A stretch of DNA of 64,000 bases, from contig JAFASN010000112.1 of the NCBI GenBank assembly GCA_019244415.1, positions 2,265 to 66,264 of the forward strand, given 5' to 3'. A program made the position numbers and the translations under genes. Under the pieces are notes generated by a model. It saw nothing but the letters and a program-made list of their open reading frames with translations. It did not search any database and was not told the origin of the DNA. The DNA comes from Verrucomicrobiota bacterium (GTDB taxonomy: Bacteria; Verrucomicrobiota; Verrucomicrobiia; Chthoniobacterales; UBA10450). Below are positions 46,255 to 56,336 of the stretch, in pieces. Each line of letters begins with the position of its first letter. Position 1 is the stretch's first letter.

Positions 46255-47543
46255 AGTTGCTTACGGATAGCAATAACAACGGGCAGGTAAAGAAACGTTG
46301 CCGCGGCGAGGGAAATCATTGTTCCTTTCAACCCGTATAGGGGTTCAAGAAGGAACGTCCCAGCAATGCCGAATGTCAGTTCGGCAATGCCACAGCGCGC
46401 GACGACGCCGCCAGCCCCGAGTGATAAGCCAGTGTAACTCAGGAATCGACTAGCCGCGATCGAGAATCCCACCGCGGCGATACACATTCCGGTGAGGACG
46501 CCGAACGGCGCCGGTGCTTTTAGCCACAAGGTGAAAAACAGGGGTGCTGCCGCAACAATGATCAGCGCGCATGGCACCGTACACACCAGAGCGCATCTCA
46601 GAATTGAGTAGAAGACGGACGCGCGTTCTTCCGCGCTGCGAGACGCTGGCAGCGCCACAAGCGCGACGTCGAACGAAACAGCGCCCAGCGCGCTGATGAT
46701 CTCCGCCATGCGCAGGCAAATAAAGAACGTTCCCGCGACTGTGACGCTGCCGACGCTTGCGAGGACGAAGGTGATTGCGTGTGTTTTCGCTGCCCAGGTC
46801 ACGTTCGACACAGTGAAGCTGAAAGTATCGCGATAAGTCAGGCACAGTTTCGCGGTCGTAATCTCACGCAGTCGAAGGAGCGGCCGAAGCTCATCAAAGC
46901 GCAAGAGAGCGACACCCAGTGCAGTTACAAGTAAAGCGCCAATCCAACCCGCGACGACCGCGGTCACGCTGGCTCCCCGCCACAAAAGAACCGCTGCAAC
47001 GAGTGATGCAGCCATCCACCCGAGCGCATTCGCGAGCTTGACCAAACCAATGTGCCCGCGAGCCACGCAGGGCTCGAGCGCTATGGTCACGAACATGTAG
47101 GGCAGGGTGAGCGTTGTTACGACAAAGATTATGTTTTCGTGCGGGCGATCGATTCCAAAGACAGCGCTCCAGATGTGTAAGCTCGTGCAAAGGGCTACGA
47201 GTACCAGGGCAACGAGACAAAGTGCGGCGAAAGCTACAAGAGCATGGGATAGGAGCGACGCCGAGGCAGCGTTATCACTGACGACTTTGGACAAAGCGAC
47301 GCGGGTGCGGCCACGAAGGCCAAGATCAGCTAACGACAACAAGACAAAAGCGGAGCTGGCCAGCGCGAACTCGCCGTAACCTTCCGGACCCCAATTATGC
47401 AGCATCCATGGCGTGAGGCCTATCATGAAGATCGCTTTGGCGATGAATGCGATTGTCTCCCAAAGCTGGTTCGAGAATAGTTGCCGGTGAAGAGTTGGTC
47501 GCTTTTGAGCCAGCATGGCTGAGTTCGCTATCGTGCGATCCAT
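46095..47543 (-). CDS. Wzx-like oligosaccharide flippase (MOP superfamily)
   Basis: 482 aa and about 12 TM helices, with an N-terminal WETIAFIAKAIFMIGLTPWMLHNWGPEGYGEFALASS pattern typical of polysaccharide biosynthesis flippases. Confidence 0.7.
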   Translation of the reverse strand: MDRTIANSAMLAQKRPTLHRQLFSNQLWETIAFIAKAIFMIGLTPWMLHNWGPEGYGEFALASSAFVLLSLADLGLRGRTRVALSKVVSDNAASASLLSHALVAFAALCLVALVLVALCTSLHIWSAVFGIDRPHENIIFVVTTLTLPYMFVTIALEPCVARGHIGLVKLANALGWMAASLVAAVLLWRGASVTAVVAGWIGALLVTALGVALLRFDELRPLLRLREITTAKLCLTYRDTFSFTVSNVTWAAKTHAITFVLASVGSVTVAGTFFICLRMAEIISALGAVSFDVALVALPASRSAEERASVFYSILRCALVCTVPCALIIVAAAPLFFTLWLKAPAPFGVLTGMCIAAVGFSIAASRFLSYTGLSLGAGGVVARCGIAELTFGIAGTFLLEPLYGLKGTMISLAAATFLYLPVVIAIRKQLYQDKMRSLAPSCTGELMLSPPVRDFRFRVRQTLACPPACIRPAPEVRRILIS

Positions 47544-47549
47544 TAGGAT

Positions 47550-49235
47550 CTAGCGGTAATGCATGGTAGGCAGCTGAAGTTCGGTTAGGCCTTCGACCTT
47601 GACGAACAACGTATTCGGGTACTTCGCTTCCAATGTTTCCACCTGATCTTTGCTTATTCGCAGCGGAGTCATGATGACCGGGCGGTTCGCCAGGAATGGA
47701 TCGTTGCGACGCAAATCCGCCGAGTACCAGGCGAGAGTTGGATCGAAAATGAGAAGACTGGCGTTGACGTGGTGGAACGCTTCCGCTGCATCGGCATACG
47801 GGCGGACAAACGTTTCCGCCTGAAACGCACGCAACGGTAGTTGCAGCAACAACGACGCGAGCACGCCACCAGTAATCAAGCTGGTGGCAGTGTCCCGTCC
47901 GGCCCTAGCTTTAACGACGTCCCAGCCAACAACAGCTAACAGGATGAGACAACCAAGTTCGCCGTGAAAATAGCGATCTCCCCAACCGTGACTCTGATCC
48001 TGGCGAACAAAGACGTAAAACCCAAATGTCAGCAGACAACTCGCAGCGGCGCAACGAATGATCGGTGTCTGGCGCTTGAGCGCGCCGAAGCCGAACGGAG
48101 TTAGAATAAGCAGCGGGAAAGCAAGCCAGCCCACGAGTAGGAAGAAGTAGATCGACTGGATGAGCCAGGTAAGACGATGAACACGAAAGGCACTCGGAGA
48201 GGAGCCGCCAACAAAACCCGGGAGAAAGGTTCGCCACCAAATGATCCAGACAGCAATGCCAATGAAATACACGACGGCAAAAAAAACGCTCGCGAACCAG
48301 CGCCGGTCCCAGACGAGCTTGAGAAGAAAAGGCAGGACGAAAAGCGCATGAAAGAAAGGTTGATGCAAACCCAGGGCGGCAACCCCGACGAACGGAGTTA
48401 GCCAGAAACGGCGTTTTTCCGGCGCAAGGTAAAGCCACAGCCAGAGTAGATTCAGGGCGAGATGCGCGGGCATCGCGTACGATGTCATAGACATCAGTAG
48501 GAATTGTGATGAGGTGGCAAGCAGCGCTGCGGCGAGGATTGGTTTCCAGGTAGAAGCGGGCCAGAGTTTGCCCGCAATTGCTGCCATGAGAGCAATGCTT
48601 AGCGCAGCTAATGCCGGATTCGTCAGCCATTCCGAATCGAAAGACATGAACAGGGCTCGAATAAGAGAATAGACGGGCAGGTACTCAGACGCCCAGCTAT
48701 GCGTCGCTGGATTGTAACTTGTGTAAGTGGGCTTGATCAGGTGCACAAAGGGCTGCCAAGCCGGCGGAACCGGCGCGCTCAGTTGGCCGCTTAGAAAAAT
48801 GCGCGCCTGAAAATCAGGCATATTTTCATCCGCAGTGAGGGCATATTGATGAAATACCAACGACGTCCCCAGTGCGGTGATGCCGAAGGTAAGGCAGACG
48901 AGAGTGATAAGTACGAGGCGGGGCTTTATTTGCGTGAGACGTAAGGGCGCGGGGCGGCCGATTGCCACCCAGACTAATGTAGCGGCAGCAAGTGCAAGCA
49001 CCACGAGGAGTCCGGCGAACTCATTTCTGGCGAAGAGAACAAAGAAGGCGTTGTACCAGTCGCGAGGGTCAGGATGGCTGATCCACTGGGTGCGAAGCCA
49101 GAGGCACAGAACAATTCCGCCGGTGGCCACACCGATAATGCCGCACAGGATTACTGCCAGGCTTCGGCACGGTCGCCCGCCGTCTACCTTCGGCGATGTA
49201 GCACGCTGAAGAGCATTGGGGTTTAGTTGGGACAT
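47550..49235 (-). CDS. polytopic membrane protein, GT-C-like glycosyltransferase candidate
   Basis: 561 aa with many TM helices, an acidic first-loop motif LTADENMPDFQARIF, and a soluble C-terminal region. Confidence 0.5.
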   Translation of the reverse strand: MSQLNPNALQRATSPKVDGGRPCRSLAVILCGIIGVATGGIVLCLWLRTQWISHPDPRDWYNAFFVLFARNEFAGLLVVLALAAATLVWVAIGRPAPLRLTQIKPRLVLITLVCLTFGITALGTSLVFHQYALTADENMPDFQARIFLSGQLSAPVPPAWQPFVHLIKPTYTSYNPATHSWASEYLPVYSLIRALFMSFDSEWLTNPALAALSIALMAAIAGKLWPASTWKPILAAALLATSSQFLLMSMTSYAMPAHLALNLLWLWLYLAPEKRRFWLTPFVGVAALGLHQPFFHALFVLPFLLKLVWDRRWFASVFFAVVYFIGIAVWIIWWRTFLPGFVGGSSPSAFRVHRLTWLIQSIYFFLLVGWLAFPLLILTPFGFGALKRQTPIIRCAAASCLLTFGFYVFVRQDQSHGWGDRYFHGELGCLILLAVVGWDVVKARAGRDTATSLITGGVLASLLLQLPLRAFQAETFVRPYADAAEAFHHVNASLLIFDPTLAWYSADLRRNDPFLANRPVIMTPLRISKDQVETLEAKYPNTLFVKVEGLTELQLPTMHYR

Positions 49236-49346
49236 CGAGGAGCGAGAGCCGAATAATCAGAGCAGCCTTTACGCCAATGCGACGCGCTGGATAGGTCGAG
49301 TAAGTTTGAGCGATGGCTTAGCACGGGAATTGCAGCAGCAATTCCG

Positions 49347-50621
49347 ATGGAATTCGCTCCGGTAGGGACGCTCGGCGCCGCGCCTCTAGCGGCGAACCCG
49401 GGGGTGGCTACGTCGAAGAGCCGCGCTTCTAGATTCAGCACAGCGGCCTCGCGAGTTCTTCTTTTCCTTCTGGTACTCTTCATCGGGATTGTGGTGAGAG
49501 TTTACTGCTCGAGCGGATTCCGCGGCGTCGGATTCGACGAGCATGCCTACACCGTTTTCCTCACTGAAATCGAAAAAAGCGGCGCACTGAACTACGACCT
49601 GGTTATGCGCGTTTGCCTTGAACGACAGCAGCGTACGGCCGACGCAATCGTCCCAGCGACACGAGTAGGCTTTCTTCTGCCGGCATATGCCGTTGCGGAG
49701 GTGTTCCAAGTGTCACCATTCGTCGCGCTGCGATATCTGAATTGCGGGGCAGCGATACTCACGCTGCTGATAACGTTGGCTTTTAGTTACCGCGCACTCG
49801 GGATGGGAGCGATGCTAGGAATAGGATGCCTGATGGCTACTTCTCCCCTAGCTATTCACTTGAGCCAAAGAGCTCTGGTCGATGGTTACTTTAGTTTATG
49901 GGCAACGACAGCAGTATGGCTGGCGTGGGAAAATCTTCGTTGCCCTCGACACCTGGGCTGGCTTGCAGCCTATTTTGCCAGCCTTGTACTTCTCGTACTC
50001 ACAAAGGAAAGCGCCGCCTTTGTCGTGGTCGGTTTGTGTGCTGTTCTACTGTGGTATGGTCTCCAGGGCTGTTGCCCGTGGCGTTTGTGGGTCGCTACAA
50101 TGGCTGGCCCAGTAGTTGCGATTGCCGTCCTGGCGACATTGACGGGCGGAATAACTAAACTGGTGCAGTTCTACTACGTGTTCGAGAGCAAGTCCGGGCA
50201 CAATATCTATTCCGTCATGGCACAGGATGGTCCGTGGTACCGTTACCTGATTGATTTCATATTACTATCGCCGCTAATCACGACATTTGCTTTAGGGGCT
50301 ATCTTCCATCTACGACGATCGGTCGACACCGCTCTTGCCATATTCCTTGGGGCGAGCTTCGTCGTGATGTCGGCGGTGAGCCATGGAATGAGTCTGCGCT
50401 ATGCGGCCTACTGGGAGTTACCGTTGTGCTGGCTGGCCTTTTTGCAGGTGGAACTACTTGCGGAAAAAGTACGGCGGAATTGGCGACCGTTCGCCATAGC
50501 CGGAATGGTCGTGTTGCTGAGCGCAACTAATCTTTGGCAGTACCAGCGTCTTTTTGTAGCTGGTGAGATATACGATCCTATATCGTTCCAGCTTGCTCGC
50601 GCTACTCACCTTATAAAGTAA
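49347..50621 (+). CDS. GT-C fold (ArnT/PMT-like) membrane glycosyltransferase
   Basis: Polytopic. First-loop motif FRGVGFDEHAYTVFLTEI resembles the GT39/ArnT DE motif. Confidence 0.6.
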   Translation: MEFAPVGTLGAAPLAANPGVATSKSRASRFSTAASRVLLFLLVLFIGIVVRVYCSSGFRGVGFDEHAYTVFLTEIEKSGALNYDLVMRVCLERQQRTADAIVPATRVGFLLPAYAVAEVFQVSPFVALRYLNCGAAILTLLITLAFSYRALGMGAMLGIGCLMATSPLAIHLSQRALVDGYFSLWATTAVWLAWENLRCPRHLGWLAAYFASLVLLVLTKESAAFVVVGLCAVLLWYGLQGCCPWRLWVATMAGPVVAIAVLATLTGGITKLVQFYYVFESKSGHNIYSVMAQDGPWYRYLIDFILLSPLITTFALGAIFHLRRSVDTALAIFLGASFVVMSAVSHGMSLRYAAYWELPLCWLAFLQVELLAEKVRRNWRPFAIAGMVVLLSATNLWQYQRLFVAGEIYDPISFQLARATHLIK

Positions 50622-50626
50622 GTACG

Positions 50627-52450
50627 CTAGTCGTGGTTTAGTTCCGTATTAAGCGTGGCGAACTCCGCCTGGCCGGGGGCAAGCTCGAGCGCGCGAGCTA
50701 TCTCGCGGCGGGCGTCTTCGCGTTCGCCTTGCTCGAGCATGGCCTGGGCGAGCAGGTAGTGTGTTTTTGCGTTGCCTGGCTCAGCGGCTTCGGAGCGGGA
50801 GAGTAATGCGCGAGCCTCGTCTCCGTGACCCAGGTTAAGCTTGAGTACAGCAAGGTTATTCAATGCTCCGCGGTGATCAGCTTCGAGCGCGAGCGTCTCC
50901 TCGTACAAACTAGCCGCAAGGTTTGCATCTCCTCGTGCAAGTTCCAGATTCCCGAGCGCGAAGATTGTCTCGGCGTTATTCGGAACGTAGGCGTGCGCGA
51001 GCTCAAGGTCCTTTTGCGCGACATCGAGCTGGTTGGCTTCGAGGGCGAGCCGCCCTGAGTTATAGGGGTCGAGCGCCCAAAGCGCCCGATCACGTTGCGG
51101 CCATGAAACGATGACAGCGGCGCACATGGTCGCCGCGGCGTAGGCAAGACAGGGCTTGTACTTTGCGGAACGGATATTCTGCCACAGCGAAACCAACCCC
51201 AAGGCGGCGAAGATTAGCAGACCGGGAACGATGGGCAGCCGGTAGCGTTCGGTGATGAATACCGGCAGCAACGCGGCGCCGTAAAGTGCGACGGCGACCA
51301 TGATCCAGCGCGACTGGCGTGCCGAGCGCCAGGCCAGGAGCAAGCCGGGCAATGCGAGCGACGCGGCGAGCCCAAAGTAAATGCCGGGAAACGTGATCGC
51401 ATTCGCGCGTAACGTGGTGATGAAACTGAGGTCATCGTACTGAAAAGCGCTGACAAGGTTGCGCAGCTTTACGGCGAGAAGCTTCAGCCAGGCAATCGGA
51501 TGTTGCTGAATGTAATCGCGCGCCCGCCCTGACCAGTAGCGCGACACCTCACCGCGCTTCAGCCGATGACCGGCGGCCTTCTCCGCTACCGTGATTGAAT
51601 CGTGTAACATCGCCGCCTGACCCGCGCTCAAACCCGGCGGCAGGCGCGGATAGCCGTTCCCTTGTGGATTGTTACCGATCCAAAAGTTGATGCCGCTGTG
51701 GGCGGAGAGCAGCACATGATCGTGCGCGACAAAGTAGTTATGCATCCAGCAAGGCGACGTGCCAGCGGCGAGCCCGAGGAACAGTAAAGCCGCCGCCACG
51801 ATGCCGCTCTTCACGCTTTGCCGATGTTTCTCTCGTCCAAACATTGCGCCGAACAGGAGCGGGACGAGCGACAGGATAGTAGCCACTGCGGTCGCGGTGA
51901 TCCCGACCAGCAATCCCAAACCGAGCGCGGCATAACTACGCCGCGCGCTGTCATTTCGTATGATCCACCAAACAACAAACCAGAAAATAAAGACCGCCAG
52001 GCTGGTCGGCATGAGAATGGCGGCATAGGTTTGCGCCGGAACGAAAAAGGCCCAGCCCGAGGCCGCGATGAAGCCGGTGATGGCAGCGAGCCGCTTCCCC
52101 GTTGTGGCGAAAACCGATCTGCTGATCAGGTAAAGCAACGCGGCCGTGCCCGCGTCGGCAGCGCTCTGTAACGGTCCGGGCAGAAACGGATTGTAGCCGG
52201 CCACGCGATAAAGCGCTGCGAGCAGCCAGGCGTAGCCCGGCAGCCCATAGAAGGCGAGAGCGGTTGCGCCGTGTCCGGCGACGATGCGCCGGGCCCAATC
52301 ATTGTAAAACTGCGTGTCGCCGCCTGATGGGAGGAGAAAAGGGGACGCGCTTAGCCGCGTCAGGACGACGAGACGAAGGAGCAAAACGCCGCCAAAAATC
52401 CAGAGAGCTGGGGATTGGTGAATTTGGCGCGCTTTTCTCGGAGGGGTCAT
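50627..52450 (-). CDS. GT-C fold membrane glycosyltransferase fused to C-terminal TPR repeats
   Basis: N-terminal about 430 aa is polytopic (SGGDTQFYNDWARRI first loop). The C-terminal part has TPR repeats (ALEANQLDVAQKDLELAHAYVPNNAETIFALGNLELARGD...). Confidence 0.7.
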   Translation of the reverse strand: MTPPRKARQIHQSPALWIFGGVLLLRLVVLTRLSASPFLLPSGGDTQFYNDWARRIVAGHGATALAFYGLPGYAWLLAALYRVAGYNPFLPGPLQSAADAGTAALLYLISRSVFATTGKRLAAITGFIAASGWAFFVPAQTYAAILMPTSLAVFIFWFVVWWIIRNDSARRSYAALGLGLLVGITATAVATILSLVPLLFGAMFGREKHRQSVKSGIVAAALLFLGLAAGTSPCWMHNYFVAHDHVLLSAHSGINFWIGNNPQGNGYPRLPPGLSAGQAAMLHDSITVAEKAAGHRLKRGEVSRYWSGRARDYIQQHPIAWLKLLAVKLRNLVSAFQYDDLSFITTLRANAITFPGIYFGLAASLALPGLLLAWRSARQSRWIMVAVALYGAALLPVFITERYRLPIVPGLLIFAALGLVSLWQNIRSAKYKPCLAYAAATMCAAVIVSWPQRDRALWALDPYNSGRLALEANQLDVAQKDLELAHAYVPNNAETIFALGNLELARGDANLAASLYEETLALEADHRGALNNLAVLKLNLGHGDEARALLSRSEAAEPGNAKTHYLLAQAMLEQGEREDARREIARALELAPGQAEFATLNTELNHD

Positions 52451-52549
52451 GGCGGATGGAACTTGCTAGAAGCGAGAAGTGGGCCGGAGGGCAAAGCATT
52501 GAGGGGGCATTTACCCGCATCTTCTGGCAATTCTAAAAAGCCAGACCTA

Positions 52550-52565
52550 TGGCACTGCGACTGCT
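52550..52565 (+). promoter_or_regulatory. candidate sigma-54 (-24/-12) promoter TGGCAC-N5-CTGCT
   Basis: tggcactgcgactgct has GG and GC at the canonical spacing, 72 nt upstream of the pilin-like ATG. Confidence 0.4.
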
Positions 52566-52637
52566 TTTACATGCACCTGATCCGCGGCGAGTGCCACGGA
52601 GCGCAATAAAAACATTAATCAGAAACAGAAAGCATCC

Positions 52638-53039
52638 ATGTTTAACCAATTACACAAACGCCGCGGGGGTTTCACCCTCGTGGAAATCATGATCGTAGTC
52701 GCGATCATCGCGCTGTTGGCCGCGATTGCGGTGCCCGGCTTCCTGCGTGCGCGTAAGCGCTCCCAAGCCAGCCGCATTCTCAACGACTTGCGCATGATCG
52801 ATGCGGCCGTCGATCAGTACGCCATCGAGACAAACCGCACGACCGGAGCCCAGGTCGGTGTTGCCGATTGGACGAACTACCTGAAGAAAAACAGCCTGCT
52901 CTACAACAGCGGGAGAGACCTGCTGGGAAATGCGTACGGCACGCAGTACGTGGACTCGATTCCGAGCGTGAGTGCCGCCAGCTGGGCGGTTTTGTCCGAC
53001 GTGGCCGGCACCGGCTTCTGGTCGCCTTACGGTCCGTAG
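52638..53039 (+). CDS. prepilin-type N-terminal cleavage/methylation domain protein (pilin/pseudopilin-like)
   Basis: RRGGFTLVEIMIVVAIIALLAAIAVPGFLRARKRSQ is the class III signal peptide with G/F cleavage site and Glu+5. Confidence 0.85.
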   Translation: MFNQLHKRRGGFTLVEIMIVVAIIALLAAIAVPGFLRARKRSQASRILNDLRMIDAAVDQYAIETNRTTGAQVGVADWTNYLKKNSLLYNSGRDLLGNAYGTQYVDSIPSVSAASWAVLSDVAGTGFWSPYGP

Positions 53040-53048
53040 TACGGAATC

Positions 53049-55229
53049 ATGCCACTGCGTTCGCGTTTGCGATCGCACGAGCCAAATGGGCGTCCTTTCG
53101 TTCGAGTCGAGAGGACGCTCGTTTGCTTTAATCCCACGAGAGGTTCGTTGCCGCTTTTGAACGCTGCCATTGCACAACGCCGGGTGCGCGATCTCTCTGC
53201 GAAACCGTGGTTGCAATATTGCGCGCTGGCGCTCGCCGGCGTGATCGTCCACTTGCCGTCGCTTCAGGCAGACTTCGTTTGGGACGATGTTTACCTCGCG
53301 CGCGACAATCCCTTCATCAAAAGCCCGCTCCTCGCGCTGGAGGCGTTCCGTCACTACCTCTTTCTCGGCTCGACCTCCACCTACTATCGCCCGGTCCAGA
53401 ACCTCTCTTACCTGCTCGATTACTACCTTTGGAATACCGATGCGGCAGGATTTCACTTAAGCAGTGTCTTGCTCCACGTGGCGGCGGGGTTGCTGCTCTT
53501 CCGGTTGCTCACCGTACTTTTCCGTCTAAATGCTCCAGGCTCGACCGGAGCGGAGAATTTCAACCCTCGTTTCGCCGCGTTTGTGGCGAGCGCAGTCTGG
53601 ATGGTTCATCCGGTGCATTCCGCCGCGGTGGATTACGTCTCCGGCCGGGCGGACAGTCTCGCGTTCGCTTTCGCGGCCGCTGGGTGGTTGCTTTACCTGG
53701 AAGCGGGAAAAGCGCTGTCGAGCGCGCTGAAATCAGTGGTGTACTGCGGCGCGGCAGTGGCCGGGATGCTTGCGCTTTGCTCGCGCGAGATTGCCTGCGT
53801 ATGGCTCGTCATTTTTCTCGTCCACACGCTCGCTTTCCCGGGCGCGCGGAGCCGGCAAAATAAAATCGCGACGCTTATCTGCACGTCGCTGCTGATCGGC
53901 GCGTACTCAGTCCTTCGGCAACTGCCGCCGTATGCCGGTAGCGGACCGGCAGTGGACAATTGGCCTGCACCAGTGCGCGCGATGCTGATGTTGCGTGCGC
54001 TGGGCGATTACGCGCGGCTGCTGGCGTGGCCGTCTAATTTGCACATGGAGCGCACGATTTTCGACGCAAGTACACTGCGAAACCAGATGAGCTGGCGTAG
54101 CGCCGCGGGAATCGAATATCTTTCGCTGCTCGGAGCAGCGTTTGCGATTTGCCTCGTACTCGGCTGCGTCAAAAGAGGTCCCGGGCAACGGCTGCGAATT
54201 CTTGGTGCGCTCTGGTTCTTTGCCGGGTTTCTGCCGATCTCAAATTTAGTACAGCTGAACGCGACCGTGGCGGAGCACTGGCTTTACCTGCCGAGCGTGG
54301 GCGCGCTGATTTTTCTCGCGGGATGCGCAGTCAAGCTACCGCGGCCTGCGCTGAAATTAGTACCGGTTGGCGCGCTCATTGCCGTACTCGGGCTCGGCGT
54401 GCGCAGCTTCATCCGCAGCACTGACTGGCACGATGAGGAAACATTTTTTACCCGGACGCTTGCGGCCGGTGGCCGTAGCGGGCGCGTGATGGTGAATCTC
54501 GCGCAGTGCTATGCGAACCGCGGTGCTTATGCGAAAGCGGAGGAAATGTGCCGGCGGATTCTGGCCATTGATCCGCATTACAGCGTCGCCCGCAACGATC
54601 TCGGGTACGCTCTTTCGCGCGAGGGAAAAACGGCGGAAGCGGAAGCGCTCTTCGCGCGCTCGGCCAGGGAGGCGCCAGTTTATGCCAAAGGTTATCCGCG
54701 TTCGTGGCTGGCGGCGCGCAACCTCGCGCAGTTGCGTCATAGTACGCACGATGATGCAGGAGCGCTGGCGGTGCTTGAGCAGGCGCGCCACGATTATCCT
54801 GACACGTGGGAATTGCTCAGCCTGGAATCCGAGCTCCTGCGCGAGAACAATCGGGCAACGGAGGCGCTGGCGCTGGTGCGCGAATTTGCCAAACGCAACT
54901 GGTGGCACCAGGGCGCCCGCCTGGCTGAGGGTGAGTTGTATGCGCAAACGGGCGATGTTTCGAACGCGGAACGCTCACTTAGTTTCGCCGCGCTGCTCGA
55001 CGTGCACGATGTGCAAGCGCTCAACCTGCTGGCGCACATCTACGCCGGCGAAAGACGCTTCGACGACGCGCGTCGCGCACAGCTTCGCGCAATCGCGCGG
55101 CAGCCTGACAAACCGAGCCAGTACTTTCTGCTCGCCACGCTGCTGGAAGAGATGGGGCGAACGCGCGAAGCGCAGGTCACGCTGGCGAAAGTTTCCCACA
55201 TGCGCGATCTGGCGCATGCCGTTGATTAA
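53049..55229 (+). CDS. GT-C fold (TMTC/PMT_2-like) membrane protein fused to C-terminal TPR repeats
   Basis: First-loop motif DFVWDDVYLARDNPFIKSP, about 10 TM helices, then TPR repeats (NLAQCYANRGAYAKAEEMCRRILAIDPHYSVARNDLGYAL...). Confidence 0.7.
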   Translation: MPLRSRLRSHEPNGRPFVRVERTLVCFNPTRGSLPLLNAAIAQRRVRDLSAKPWLQYCALALAGVIVHLPSLQADFVWDDVYLARDNPFIKSPLLALEAFRHYLFLGSTSTYYRPVQNLSYLLDYYLWNTDAAGFHLSSVLLHVAAGLLLFRLLTVLFRLNAPGSTGAENFNPRFAAFVASAVWMVHPVHSAAVDYVSGRADSLAFAFAAAGWLLYLEAGKALSSALKSVVYCGAAVAGMLALCSREIACVWLVIFLVHTLAFPGARSRQNKIATLICTSLLIGAYSVLRQLPPYAGSGPAVDNWPAPVRAMLMLRALGDYARLLAWPSNLHMERTIFDASTLRNQMSWRSAAGIEYLSLLGAAFAICLVLGCVKRGPGQRLRILGALWFFAGFLPISNLVQLNATVAEHWLYLPSVGALIFLAGCAVKLPRPALKLVPVGALIAVLGLGVRSFIRSTDWHDEETFFTRTLAAGGRSGRVMVNLAQCYANRGAYAKAEEMCRRILAIDPHYSVARNDLGYALSREGKTAEAEALFARSAREAPVYAKGYPRSWLAARNLAQLRHSTHDDAGALAVLEQARHDYPDTWELLSLESELLRENNRATEALALVREFAKRNWWHQGARLAEGELYAQTGDVSNAERSLSFAALLDVHDVQALNLLAHIYAGERRFDDARRAQLRAIARQPDKPSQYFLLATLLEEMGRTREAQVTLAKVSHMRDLAHAVD

Positions 55230-55280
55230 CAGGCGCAACGCCGCGATTGAACTTGGCACATTCGGCTGGCAATCTGCCGT

Positions 55281-56276
55281 GTGCCTGTCCGCATCCTTCG
55301 CGATAAGCAAATCAAGCTTGCGCCGCTGCGGGGAAAAATGTGCGGCGTCATCGGCTTCGGCGCGCAAGGTCATGCCCATGCGTTGAACCTTCGCGACAGC
55401 GGATTCGATGTCGTGATCGGGCTGCATCGAGGAAGCCGGTCTCGCGCGCGGGCACGTGCGCGAGGTCTTCGCGTTATCGAAACTTCCGCGGCCGTTCGGC
55501 GGAGCGATATTGTCTTTCTCGCGTTGCCGGATACGAGCATGCCGCGGATTTTCGCGCGGCAGATTGCGCCCCATTTGCGCGCCGGCCAGGCGCTGCTCTT
55601 CGCGCACGGTTTCACCGTTGTGTACGGAACAGTGAGACCGCCGCCGGAATTGGACGTCATCATGGTCGCGCCGAAGGGTCTTGGGCCGATGGTGCGGCGC
55701 GAATTTATCTCAGGGCGTGGCGTTCCCGCCCTTGTCGCTGTGGCGCAGGATTTCAGCGGGGATGCGCGCGGGACAGCGCTGGCTTGGGCGAAGGCGATCG
55801 GCTGCGCGCGCGCCGGGATCATCGAGACGACGTTTCGCGAGGAAACAGAGACGGACATGTTTGGTGAACAGGCGGTACTTTGTGGGGGGGCGACGGCGCT
55901 GATCCGCCGCGGGTTCGACACTCTGGTGCGGGCCGGGTACGCGCCTGAGCTGGCGTACTTCGAATGCGTGCACGAATTGAAGTTCATCGTTGATTTGATC
56001 CACGAAGCGGGAATCGCGGGAATGCGTGACCTGATCTCCGATACGGCGAAGTGGGGAGATCTCACCGTCGGGCCCGCCATCGTGGACGAGCACGTCAGCC
56101 GCAACATGGCGAAGGCCCTGCGGAACATTCGCAGCGGAAAATTTGCCCGCGACTTTATCCGCGAGATGGAGAACGGGCGAAAGACTTATCGGCGCTTACT
56201 CGGGGCAGCTCGCAGCGAACCGATAGAAAAAACCGGGCGGCGGCTGCGTGCGCTGATGCGGAGAACAGATAAATAA
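55281..56276 (+). CDS. ilvC: ketol-acid reductoisomerase (class I)
   Basis: GTG start. GVIGFGAQGHAHALNLRDSG, LLFAHGF, VAPKGLGPMVRREF, ETDMFGEQAVLCGG. Confidence 0.92.
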   Translation: MPVRILRDKQIKLAPLRGKMCGVIGFGAQGHAHALNLRDSGFDVVIGLHRGSRSRARARARGLRVIETSAAVRRSDIVFLALPDTSMPRIFARQIAPHLRAGQALLFAHGFTVVYGTVRPPPELDVIMVAPKGLGPMVRREFISGRGVPALVAVAQDFSGDARGTALAWAKAIGCARAGIIETTFREETETDMFGEQAVLCGGATALIRRGFDTLVRAGYAPELAYFECVHELKFIVDLIHEAGIAGMRDLISDTAKWGDLTVGPAIVDEHVSRNMAKALRNIRSGKFARDFIREMENGRKTYRRLLGAARSEPIEKTGRRLRALMRRTDK

Positions 56277-56336
56277 CCCGCCTCCCTCCCGCGCTCTGTG
56301 TGAGCGCGGGGCAGCAGCGCCGGATATTTGCCGGTG

